64,000 nt of DNA from Camelus dromedarius (taxonomy: Eukaryota). The translations under genes were made by a program, and so were the position numbers. The notes below the pieces were generated by a model. It worked only from the letters and a program-made list of their open reading frames with translations, made no database searches and was not told the origin of the DNA. Positions 39,386 to 50,966 of this stretch are shown one piece after another (the first letter of the stretch is position 1; the number at the start of each line of letters is the position of its first letter). The DNA is taken from assembly GCF_036321535.1 (NCBI RefSeq), contig NC_087437.1, positions 87,608,001 to 87,672,000 of the forward strand, given 5' to 3'.

Positions 39386-39876
39386 TGTCAACAAATGGTA
39401 GTGACCTTCCACTAATTTTTCAATCAATGTAAGAAAGAAATGGGAAATTTTATTTGAGTCAAATTTGAGGATTATAACCTGGGAAGATCATCTTAGAAAG
39501 CTCTAAGAACTATTTCTCCAGCTAGAAATCACAGCACAGTTATACAAGTTTTTTGGGAGAGAGGGCTGTACATCAAATGATGTATTATTGACAGTTTATA
39601 TAATCCAGATCTAAGCGTCATCCTGATGGGTCATGTGACCCCTTACAAGATCACGGAGGAATGTTATCTTTCAAGGAAGTGTCTCGTTGATGCCGGGAGA
39701 AGGTTGCTCTTCATGGTTGAGCAGGTATTCCGGCCGATGGGGGAGGCTTGGTGGATGCCTGATACAGGTACGCACTGCACAGTGGGGGCCACCGAGAGAA
39801 GGCCGAAGGGCAGAGAAGACAGTTTTACATTTAAATTTTTTCTTGTCTTGCCATCAAATGTGAATTTTCTTTCACA
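39386..39876 (-). mobile_element. ERV1 solo LTR of the MER4/MER41-like group
   Basis: About 490 bp with TG...CA termini and a minus-strand AATAAA near 39449. ttttatttgagtcaaatttgaggattataacctgggaag...agctctaagaact resembles artiodactyl MER41-like LTRs. No clean TSD, so the left end is uncertain. Confidence 0.75.
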
Positions 39877-40807
39877 AGTACTACACTGTACCCAAATTGG
39901 AAATGCTTCCTTAAATATTGAATATTCTTGATCACCCATAAATATGAGACAGTAGGTTTGGGCAAAGCTAAATTTCAAAGACAGCAAACTGTATCATTTT
40001 AAAGTTTTGCTACTAACCAATAACATATCGTAGGAAATATGTAAAAAATACTACCAGCTTATTATTTTGTAAAAGAAAAATGTCTATTAATTTGACTTAG
40101 TCTGTGGATAGATTGAAAGTTCTCCTTGCTAAAGCCTGAAATCTTAAATTTAGCTGTGTTGGGAATCTTCATTGAACAGTAATCACTTGCTTTCCCACTT
40201 TATTGTACATTAACAAGCTATTGAGTCTGCCAGGGAGCCACTGTCCCACAAAACCCAGACTTCGGATTTGGCATGCGCTGACCAAGATTCAAAATGATGG
40301 CATGCTTGTACATTTTTCTTACTCTTTAAAAGGAAGTAAGAGCTAGATGAAGGTACAATATTTTTGCCAATTCAAATTTACTCATTTTTTTTCCTAATTG
40401 AAAGCATTTCTATCATCATATTTCTCTCCATAACCCTAGACTTTTGAAATAATTGCATCATACAGAGAGTTAACTCAAATAAAGCTGAAGTGCTGAGTGT
40501 ATGAAATTATACGACTACAGGTAACATATCCCTAAGTAATCGATGCTCAAGGACAGCAAAGAGAAATTGAGAACGCATCCCTGTGCTCTAACGCAAAGCT
40601 CCACCTCATTTTCAGAACAGTTGAAAAATATTTTATTTTATGGAAAAATAGAAGCTTCCCTTTTTATTAAAACCCACATATTTCAATTGTTCTTACTGTA
40701 TCATGTTGCTTCTTTCAGAAACCTATAGAAACCAAACACTACTCTACAGACTGTAGAAAGTCTGTACTGGTACATTTCCATTTGATAAGAAAACTGAAAA
40801 ACATGAC

Positions 40808-41210
40808 TGGCTCCTCCTGCCTCAGGGCCTTGGCACTTACTCTTCTCTCTGCCTGGAACACACTCCCCTTGTCTCTGAATAGACTTTGTTGTTTTTAGAT
40901 CTTGGCTTAAATGTCATTATTAGGGAGTTCTTCCCTGACCACAGTATTTAATAGTGCCATTCTCCATCCATTCTCTCAATCTCTATCCTGTTACCTTGCC
41001 TCTTTATTTTCTTTGAAGGTAATCCCGCTCAATATGTATATACCTTTTGATTCATTTATTTTCTGTCTCCATCTACCAAAATGTTCACTTAATGAAAAAG
41101 AAGAAATGTATTTCTTCACTGCTGCATCTCCAATGAGTGCCTAAAACTCAACCTACCCAACAATAGGATGTCAACAGATGTTTGTTAAAAAAAAAGAAGA
41201 TTAAATAAAT
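40808..41210 (+). mobile_element. L2a 3' end
   Basis: ctcctgcctcagggccttggcactt...tctgcctggaaca...ttccctgaccac...ttcactgctgcatctcca...gtgccta...tttgtt. Confidence 0.9.
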
Positions 41211-41299
41211 AAGTTTAAAAAGTTATAATTATATATACCGTTTTTAATAAAGACCTCTCAGAGATAAATTATTGGTACTACTTTATCTAACTTGCCAAG

Positions 41300-41600
41300 T
41301 ACCTATAACCTCAGGGTTCATACGAATTTCTCAATACGGAATACTTTTCCTATGCACCTGCTCCCCAATTCCAACTACAGACATTCTGATTATCTTTTAA
41401 AGCTCAGATTAAAAATCATTTCCTTCACAAAGCTCTCTATTTTCTACCCATAATTAATCAATTATTTACTCTTCATTGCTACTGCTAATATTCCTGTTCT
41501 AGTTCTTACTTTAGTTTTTGTGTCCTTCTGTCCCCTGCTAGATACTAGAATTTAAACTTGGCTAGTAAAGAAGTTATCTCTCATTACCATGAGGTATACA
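41300..41600 (+). mobile_element. L2 fragment
   Basis: tatcttttaaagctcagattaaa...ttccttcacaaagc...ttctgtcccctgctaga. Confidence 0.5.
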
Positions 41601-42080
41601 GCATCTTAAAGGTATGTGATAGAAAAGAAAGAATAAGTGGATCTAATTTAATGTTTTTAGTAAATGATCATAATAATATTGAGGCTCAGAGAGGTTGATG
41701 TTAAAATTATCCCAAATTGTATTTAACTAATTTGATCTACCTTTTAAAAATACGAGGCCAATTTAAATGGACTAACTTGTGTAGACTAAGAAATAAACCT
41801 GCAAAATTTTATACTCTCTCCAAAAAATTCTATCTATGCATAAACTTGGAGGAAGCATGTTCGTAGACTGAACGGTGCCTACTTTAAACAGGAAAAACTG
41901 TATCATCTGCAGAAATTGACAGCCTGATGTTTCTGTCTCTCTAATAACTCATGTGTGTTAGAAAATGTTGAAGCTGTCATGTGTAGCCCTTAGTTTGCCA
42001 TTGTAACTGTTCAATAATATAGACGTTCAATATCTAGGCCAGTGAATACATTTTGAGTGTATGTCTAGTTTCTCTTTCTC

Positions 42081-42137
42081 ATGTGTATATGTATGTGTGT
42101 GTGTGTGTGTGTGTGTATGTATATGTGTATATATATA
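42081..42137. repeat. (TG)n/(TA)n compound microsatellite
   Basis: Directly visible. Confidence 0.95.
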
Positions 42138-43499
42138 AACCTGATGATAATGAGAAAACTTCAAGAAAGAAGCTAAAATGGTGTCCTTTTAATGAAAGCT
42201 TTCTCACTTTCTAAAGACAGTCCCCTTTGGGTGGGAAGCCAATAAGTATCTGCACTGCCAACATCCTGATGCCGCATCAGATCCTGCTCTTTGGGGCCAT
42301 TTCTTAACATTAGTGGAAAGCAGCTCATATTGACACTGAAATCTATTTAAAAGTGAGGTTCCTGACAACTAAACTTCAAGAAGGCAGAGCCTTTAAAAAC
42401 GCACATAGGCACAGTGTGTTGACAGCAGACACTATTGACTTTTCCTGCCGAACAATCCCATGCCAAGGGCTCAGTAAAGGCACAGGAACCTGGGGCAGAA
42501 GAGTAGCTGCTGTTAGCTTAGAAGCTACCGGCTGTCAGTCAGCGGGGCATCATTTAGGGCACCAGGTGCTCCACAAGATAAAAAGAAAGATCATTAGAGA
42601 GTCCTTTTCTGTTTCTCTACGTTTTTTGACAATTTATTGATGGTGGGACCTGGTTGTGATGAAAGTTCAGTTTACCTTGACAACATAGCTTTTTCTCCAG
42701 CCTATTAACCTGATCATCGGTCTGTGACAGATTAGGAAAAGGGAAAACATAAAAATTTATCTTTCCCTATCTTGACTCCATTTTTTTTTCTTGCACACGC
42801 AAGCTATAGCTATGTAGAGAAGATCTATACCTGCATTTCAAAGGCAACTTCCCCAAACCAATTACTGTGTAAGTGTTGCACTTTTGTTGGGGTTTTTAAA
42901 ATCTGTCCCTTTTGACATCCATGATCTACAAGAAGATTATACTATGCATGATGTTCCTATGCTGCACTGCCTGAGGTAGAAGAACTGATTGTAAGGTCAG
43001 TAGATCAAATGCACATAACTCCATGTCACAGTGGTATTGGTTAGAATTGACTGACCAGTACAAGTGACGATGTGCAATGCCAGGCTTTCACCACTTAATT
43101 TCCTATTCTGTAGTAATACAAAGTTGCTTTGTGTCTGGATTAGTAGCCAAAATGTGTACCTGTCTGCAGAGAGGTCACAGAAGAATTCCTGGAAGATGCT
43201 AACAGTGATAGAATGTCAAATGTTACTACTCATGGGAAACACTGGCAAACCATGGATACACTTGGAAAATGCAAGTGAATATTAGATGTTAAAAAATAAA
43301 CAGGTGGTGGAGTCATTTAGTTTAAGCAATGAATTAATTTTAAGTTAAAGCTGTCACTATCACAGCTGAAGAAAAGAAAGATACTTTAAAATGTTTCTGT
43401 CGAAAGCGGAGTAACATGGGAAAAAGGAAGCAAGCAATCCCACATAACAGGCAAAATCAAGAAAGATTAGCTCTGAAGCCAAATTTACATTCATTTAAT

Positions 43500-43860
43500 T
43501 ATAATACTATGTCTATAATTGTGAATATATAATTATAATAAAAAAATTCACTACAAATTGCTAATTTTAAAATGCTGATAAATACTACAAACAATACAAA
43601 ATCAAGCATACCAGAACATTCTGAATAATTAATTTTCTAATCCTTTTTTCTGCATCATTGAGCCACACTGTCTGCAGTTACCTCTTCACACTTTTGTAAT
43701 GTCTTTTTCTATAGCAAGAATGGAAACCTAGTTGAGTCTTTTGCTCTAGCAGAGTTGACTAAAAGCTGTTCTTTAGCATCGACACTTTCGAAAAGATTTC
43801 TCTGGCTTCCCTGCCCAAACTTGAGCTGGCCTGGTGAGATGCATAAAATGTGGAACTTCC
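43500..43860 (-). mobile_element. hAT-Tip100 (Arthur-like) DNA transposon fragment with decayed transposase C-terminus
   Basis: Minus strand about 43810-43695 reads FSKVSMLKNSF*STLLEQ, then after a frameshift RLN*VSILAIEKDITK. This fits the hAT dimerization motif (FSxLxxIKNxxRSTMxxxRLNxLxILSIE). It may extend to about 44190. Confidence 0.8.
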
Positions 43861-44234
43861 CACACAGGCGTCCTGAGTGTTTGTCATGCTGTGGCAAGGT
43901 TGTGCTCTAAACACAAGGGTCCTGAATAATTCCCATCCTAAAAGAAAACAAATGTATGTTCATTTTAAATTATTTATACTGTATTATCAAGAATATCCCT
44001 CACAGGAAGTACCTTGGACCAGGCAGCCATGGGGACCAAATTCTTACCAAAATTGTCTAACGATTGTAAGAATTTTTAACTGATTGGTTTCAGCTTCTGT
44101 GTCCGAGCTGGGACTGTTGACGGAGTGGCAGGCTGTAGGATTTCCTGGGGCTCTGGACTCAGAAACCAAAATGTCAGGTGAGGAGTTGGGCTTATTATGG
44201 TGGCAAAGGACTGGTCAGGAAATTGTTTTGTTTT

Positions 44235-45770
44235 GTTTTTCAAGAGCTTAATTGTAATATAATTCTCATACCTTATAGTACATCCTTTTAAGGTGTATAG
44301 TTCATTGGTCTTTGGTATATTCAGCATTGCCATCATCACAATTTAATTTTACAACCTTTCCAGCACCCCCAAAGAACCCCATACTATTTAGCACTCACCC
44401 TCGTCCTCCTCACCCCCAGTCCATGGCAGTCACTAGTCTACTTCCTGCCTCTATGGATTTGCTTATGTTAAACATTTCATATAAATGGAATTATATGATA
44501 CTGTTCTTTTGTGTCTGACTTCTTTCAACTAGCGTAATGTTTTCAAGGTTTAATCATGTAGCATGTATTTATATTTCATTCCTTTTTATTGCTAAATAAT
44601 ATTTCATTATATAGATATACCACATTTCATTTACCCATTCACAGTTGATGGACATTTGGGTGATGTCTAGGAAAAACTCCCTGTTTTTTCCTTCTACTCT
44701 ACTCTCAATACGCAGAACACCTCACCTCTGGTCACCAAATGTGCAATCTCTGTGACGCCAGCTGGGTGTGGTACAGTTCAATTCAATTCTGATGCTAACC
44801 AGAGTTAGTGCAGACCCCGTAGGGTAAGGACTCAGTCCTGTAAGACTGTTTGCTCACACCCCACCTCCTACTTCAGATGACAGTTGCAAACCTGTGCTTC
44901 TGACTGACCTACTATAAATTAGAGATTCCCATGACCCCCACCTCAGGTTCGATTAATTTGCTAACGCATCTCACAGAACTCAGGAAAACAGCTGTTTACT
45001 GGTGTTAATATAAAAAAAAAATATAATAAAGAATACGGGTGAACAGCCAGATGAAGAAATGCATAGGATGAGAAATACATAAGGTTACCAAGAGCAAGAG
45101 CTTCTATCCCCATGGAGTTGGGATGCACCTGGATGTGTTCACCAACACAAAAAAATCTCCAACACCCACCCATCACTGCCCATGCCTGTTCATCATGCAG
45201 GCATGATCAATCATGGATTCAATCTCCAGTCGCTTTCCCCTTCCCAAAGAATGGAGGGGGAGCTAAAAGTTCCAAGCTTCTAATCCTGGTTTGGTCTGTC
45301 TGACAAGCAGCCCCTTTCATGAGCCACCTGGGAGCTCACCCAAAGTCACCTCATTAGAACAAAAGACACTCCTACCACCTGGGAAATTCCCAGGGATTCA
45401 GGAGCCCTGTGCCAGGAACTGGGTTCAAAGACCAAATATTAGAACCCAGGAAATTGCAAGAGTTTTAGGAGCTCTGAGCCAGAAGCAGAGACACACACAC
45501 ATATATATTTTTTTCTACCATTTCACAGGTGGTATCCAGTTTTGGCTACTGTGAATTGTGTGTTTTCATTTCTCTTATGCATGTACTGAGGACTAGAATT
45601 CCTAGTTCATATGGAAGCTCTACACTTAACATTTGAAGCACTGCCAGACTGTTTTCCAAAGTGGTATCACTATTTGACATTCTCCCCAGCAGTGCATGAT
45701 GGTTGGGATTTCTCTACATCCTCATTTATACTTGTTATTATCTCTTTTTCTTTTTTTAGTCACCCAAGTG
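44235..45770 (-). mobile_element. L1MB-like 3' region split by a MER21 LTR (L1 parts 44235-44663 and 45528-45770)
   Basis: ctatggatttgc...catttcatataaatggaat...gttgatggacatttggg resumes after the LTR as ...tccagttttggctact...ctgccagactgttttccaaagtgg. Confidence 0.88.
44664..45527 (-). mobile_element. MER21-family (MER21C-like) solo LTR
   Basis: TG...CA ends with ggtga/ggtgg 5-bp TSD. Diagnostic motifs: ccagctgggtgt...ttcaattcaattctga, gattaatttgcta...ctcacagaactcagg, aaagttccaagcttctaatc, gtcacctcattagaacaaaagac. Confidence 0.9.
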
Positions 45771-45771
45771 C

Positions 45772-46470
45772 ATCTTCCATCAGAATGTTCCATCACGTTC
45801 TTTTCCCATAAGTTTCTTCACCTAATCAAGGTAAGAGGTCTCCATAGATTAAATGTTCCTCTTCTTGGATTTTATATGCATGGAATCCTACACTATGTGC
45901 TCTTTGGTTTCTGGCTTCCTTCATTCCACATTATCATTTTGAGACTAGTTAGTGTTGTTGCAAGTATCAGTAGTTCTTTTTATTTTATTACTAAGAGGAC
46001 TTAGGACTATACTATGCTTTTCGTACCCATTCTCCTGTAGTGGATAGTTGGGCCATTTCCTAAATATAAGAGAGTTATCAACATTCTTACACAAGTCGTT
46101 TTGTGAGCATGTATTTTCATTTCTCTAGGATTGGAATTGCTTGATCATTGTTGGATATACACAGTTCTCCAAAGTGACTTTAACACTTTACCCCACCCTC
46201 ATCAGCAATATATAAGGTTCCAGTTGCTCCACATTCTCAGCATTTCATACTGTCAGTCTTTGTGGCTTGGGCTGTTCCAGTGGGTGTGAAATGGTAGCTC
46301 ACTGTGATTTCAACATGCATTTCTCTGAGGACTGTGATGTGCTTATGGAAATATATATATATATATTTTTTTTTCTTTCTTTAAAATAAAGTGTTTATTA
46401 AGTGTTTTGCCCACTTATATTGAGTTGTTTCTTCTTTTCACCTTGTGTGTCAGGACACAAGTCTTTTGTT
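45772..46470 (-). mobile_element. Old L1 (L1ME-like) 3' region
   Basis: tttctggcttccttcatt...cattctcctg...gttccagttgctccacatt...agtgggtgtgaaatggta...tgcatttctctga. Confidence 0.85.
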
Positions 46471-46471
46471 T

Positions 46472-46563
46472 TATATATATATATATATATATATACATAA
46501 AATGTCAGAGAGACAGATAGGTAGCCAGGTAAGTAGGTAGATAGATGGATAGATAGATAGATA
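46472..46563. repeat. (TA)n followed by a degenerate (GATA/GGTA)n tract
   Basis: Directly visible. Confidence 0.9.
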
Positions 46564-47295
46564 GCCTTGTGTAGCTCAGGATAAGAAATGAATTTCTCTA
46601 GCTCTCCAGCCCTGCCCAACATCTGTGCACTAGAGATGGCCTTGTGAGAAAGTTTACAGTTGGAAGCAGAGTTGCTTTGAGGTTGGAGATTCTACTTTGT
46701 AGTCCAGTCCTCATGCCAGTGCTAAAAGTTTTTAAGTGTTCTGCTGGATTTGCTTTTCTGATATTCTACCAGACATGACAACAGCCATGGTTTTCTCTTT
46801 CACTGGAAAGGTTCATATTTTCCAAGAATTTAGTTCATTTTGGTCCCTTTGCATACTCAGATATTTTAAGGTTACAAAAACCTGCAATTTTAATTGTAAA
46901 GCTCATCTAGTCTGTTCTTATTGTCAGGATGTGAACAGCAATCTCTTGTGACTTGTTATGCCCTAATAAAAAGCAGAACTCCCCAAAGCTTTATGTTTAA
47001 AAGTATTGAATTACCATCCACTTAAAATAAATAACACTGTTTTACCATATTATAAATTCCTCTTAGGACTAGCTTATCTAGCTTTGCACTTCTGCTCAAT
47101 TCTTTTAGACAAATTATTTTGCTAAAATCTATACATTACTGTTCTAATAATATGAAGGTTCATTTTTTTCTTCAGTGTAGTAAAGGCTAACCCAAATAAC
47201 TGACAATATTTTTGTGAATCTGTAAATGTATCAATAATCTAAACATTATTCCTGGAAGGATCTGTCCCATGTTAGAATTAAATGTGAATAAATGC

Positions 47296-47673
47296 TATTG
47301 TGGACTGAATGCTTATATCCCCTCAAGTTCATATGTTTAAGCCCTAATACCCAGAGTATTTGGAGATGGGATGTTAGGGAGGTAATAGGTCATGAGGGTA
47401 GGATGCAGGTCTAATGGGATTAGTGTCCTTCCAAGAAGAAACTTCACAGAGCTAGATCTTGCTCTTTTTCATCACACTCACAAAGAAGAGGTCATGTGAG
47501 CACACAGCAAGATGGTGACAATCTACAAGCCAGGAAGAGAGTTCTCACAAGAACCCCACCATGTCAGCACCCTAGTCATGGACTTCTATTCACCAGAGCT
47601 GCAGGAAAATAAATCTCTGTTTTTTTAAGCCACACAGTATCTGCTGTTATGGCAGCCCAAGCTCACTAATACA
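47296..47673 (+). mobile_element. MLT1A-family MaLR solo LTR
   Basis: tggactgaatg...ttcatatgt...aatgggattagtgtcctt...ggtcatgtgagcacacagcaagatgg...caagccaggaagagag...gttatggcagcccaagct..ctaataca. Confidence 0.92.
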
Positions 47674-48444
47674 AATAGACATTAACTTCTCAGGTCTGAG
47701 TTACATGGGTCTCATTCTTAGAGAAATTCATCATTTGATCAGTGACAGTATCCTGAGTTTTACTGCCATGCTTCATAGCCTTGATCTGAATTGCATAATA
47801 TGGAAACTGATCATTTTCAAACATGGCAAGCACCTAAGATGTTTAAACCAAATATCTGCTGAGTTCTCCATAAGCCCTAAGATCTAGGTGAAATTGAATC
47901 AAATTCCTATTTTATAACTCCATGTGGCTATATTTATCCCAAATTTCTGGAAATGCCTTTGAAGCTATATTCTCCTTGCCACTTTTTACTTCCACTGATT
48001 TCACCAGGCTTATGGATTACCTTTCATTTTTCCTGTTCTGCAACACAAGGAGTCAATTGCAGTTCTCAGTCTATTCATTTTACTCACATACACATAAGGA
48101 TACAAAATGCACATACACACTTTTGTATGTGTGAGTGGTGTGTGTTAAACTTTATCAAGAATATAAGAAGATGTGTGTGGAATCTTTACTTTGTGGTAAT
48201 GCTGACTCTTACTAGTTAAACATTAGTCACAGATAAGAGTTTGACATTAACATTCACCATTGTAATGAACAAGCCACTAATTCCGGCAATAAAAACCAAC
48301 TTTGGAAATCTGGTAAGATGATTAACAAAACATCAACCCTAGCTTGTGAATTTCCTGATGGATGCTAGCTGACTCAGAACTTTCTTGTTTGTAGCCAGGA
48401 TGTTGGCTTACATAGGAATACATAATTTTCTTACTATATATAAG

Positions 48445-48987
48445 TGTGGCAGCAGACCAATAGATCCCTAAAGATGTTCAGGTCTTACTCATACAATCTA
48501 TGAATAAATATGTTACCTCTCATGGCAAAAGGGACTTTTCAGAGAGGCTGAAGGTTAGGAAATTTGAGATGGGGAGAGTATCCTGGCTTATCCAGTGAAC
48601 CCAATCTAATCCCATAGGTCCTTAAAAGTGGAAAACCTGTCTTAAATGTGATCAGAGAGAGAGAGAGATGACTACAGACGAATGGTCAGAGAGATGCAGA
48701 GAGATGAATATGGAAGAATAGTCAGAGAGATGTAATGTCCCTGGCTTTAGAGGTGGAGGAAGGATGCCACAAGCCAAGGAATGCGGAATTCTAGAAACAG
48801 GAAAAATCAAGAAAATATTTTCCCCTAGAGCCCCCTGAATGAAGCACACTCTTGCCAGCACCCTAATTTTACCCCATTAAGATTCTGGTTGAACTTCTAA
48901 CCTACAGAACTACAAAACTGCTAATAAATTTGTTTCAAGTTGTTAAAGTTGTGATAATTTGTTACATCGCAACAGGAAATTAATACA
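48445..48987 (+). mobile_element. MLT1D-like MaLR solo LTR with perfect 5-bp TSD
   Basis: tgtggc...atatgttacct..catggcaaaagggacttt...ttgagatggggaga...aagccaaggaatgc...taataca, flanked by ataag (48440-48444) and ataag (48988-48992). Confidence 0.93.
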
Positions 48988-49177
48988 ATAAGGTTTTAAA
49001 ATAAATTACAGGCATTGTAAAAACAGGGGTTGTTGATAGCAGGATTGCTTCTCTGGCTGAAAAATCAGACATAAATGGTTAATAATAGGACATTTCTTAA
49101 ATAATGTGATATCCAAATAATTGAATAATACACAATCATTAAAAATGGTTAGACAATTACATATTTTAAAAACTAGG

Positions 49178-49560
49178 AGACAGAGAAAGACAAATATTAT
49201 ATGATGTCTCTTATACATGGAATCTAAAAAAAAAAAAACAAATTTTATTTACAAACCAGAAATAGACTCATGGAAATAGAAAACAAACTGGTTACCAGAG
49301 GGGAAAGGGAGAGAGAGGGATAGATTAAGAGTTTGGGGTTAACAGCTACACATTACTATATATAAAATAGATAAACAACAAGTACCTACTGTATAGCACA
49401 GGGAACTATATTCAATTTCTTGTAATGAACTGTAATGGAAAAGAATCTGAAAAAAATATATATATGCACGTATATGTATAACTGAATCGCTTTGCTGTAC
49501 AACTGAATCTGACATTGTAAATTGACTACAGTTTAACAAAAAACAAGAATAAAAAAAAAC
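49178..49560 (+). mobile_element. Young 5'-truncated L1 3'UTR
   Basis: gacagagaaagacaaatat...tttatttacaaaccagaaatagactca...cctactgtatagcacagggaactatattcaat...ctttgctgtac plus A tail. Confidence 0.93.
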
Positions 49561-50755
49561 CTAGAATAATATTTATAATATATTGTGAACAAAAAAGTGA
49601 GTTCAGCTCATGATGCTTAGTTTAGTTATTTTGGTCCTTTTTTTTCCTTCCAATGCACTATGTGTATTTTTATGACTATATTGTTTCCCTAAGGATTACA
49701 GAGGCAATACTGAAATTAAAGTGAAAGATGAGGAAGTTGTGTGGTCAAGAATTATTAAAGAGAAATTAACAAATACAACCCAGATGTTTGTACCACATTC
49801 TAATCTAGTTATCACATTCTGATCAATTAAGCTGTTCTAATAGTTTTACGTTCATGGGTAGATGGGTTAGATTATTTCCTAATCCAATTCTGTTCTAATG
49901 CAATCCATGAGTCTGGGATAGTTAACAGATACTTGCTTTCAAGATAGAATTTGGTATTGGTTTGAAAGATGGACAGGATTTAGGTATATTGAATGATTGC
50001 TCTCAGGAATTTCTTCCATTTTTTTTTCCTGCTATCAAAATCCTTTGCAGTATTCCTGAATTTAAATTCACACATCTTGTGAATTTAGTATATATGTGGG
50101 AGACAAATGCAGAACTTGCAATATATTTATTCAATAGTGTATAAAAGGATCAAATTTATATTGCATGCTCTAAAAGTGTCAAATAGCAGAATGTCTACAA
50201 CTTTCTCAATCATAATGCTTTCTTTGCTTGTTAGAAGGATAAAAATATGCCGAGTAATGAGAAAAATGATGCAGAGTTTTTTAGTACATAACTTAAAATG
50301 CATCTTAAAACACACTAACAAAAAGGTCCATAATCTTGGGGATTACGGAGTTTTACAGTACTTATTGCCATATGAACTAATTTTGAAATTCTAGCTTCAG
50401 ACTCGACTGAAATCCATTTGTGGCCAAAGAAAAAGTTTCGAGTTTCTTTTAATACTAACATCACACAATAACATAAATTTAAATAAGTAAATAAGTAAGT
50501 AAGTAAATAAATCAGTGCTTAATTGGCAGTACTTTAATGTTTGACTTACCTCTTCTACCTTGGTCTCTCGAATAAACCAGTATAAAAGCGCTATATCTAG
50601 TCTGATTTTTAGACACAACTCTGCTCATTTTATTATTATATTGTGAATTTTAAGTGTATGTTACGATATTGTCCAATACTATTTGGGATCTAAGTATTTT
50701 TAAAGATTTTTGTTGTTGTTGTCGTTGTTATCTAAGAACTGACAATAATCTAAGT

Positions 50756-50966
50756 CATATGTCAGCAAACTACATGGCCTCTAGGCCAAATCCAGCCATA
50801 AATAAAGCCGTTTTGGCGTTCAGCCTCCCTTGCTCATTTACATGTTGTCTCTGGCTGTTTCTGCACTGGCTGATGAAGTTGAGTCGTGACAGAGACTCTG
50901 GGACCTACAGATACTTTAAAATAGTTACCATTTGGCATTTTGTAGAAAAAAGTTTGCTGATTCCTG
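50756..50966. mobile_element. MER58A hAT-Charlie MITE
   Basis: Terminal inverted repeats tcagcaaact / agtttgctga, with internal ggccaaatccagcc, ctcatttacatgttgtctctggctg and gtgacagagac. Confidence 0.9.

Noticed and set aside
40743..40757. Short hairpins such as tctacag-a-ctgtaga (similar ones near 1204, 5010 and 51486)
   Set aside because: Arms of 6-8 bp are expected by chance in 64 kb of AT-rich DNA.
50544..50620. Strong minus-strand donor GAG|gtaagt
   Set aside because: There is no convincing acceptor upstream, and isolated donors are common by chance.
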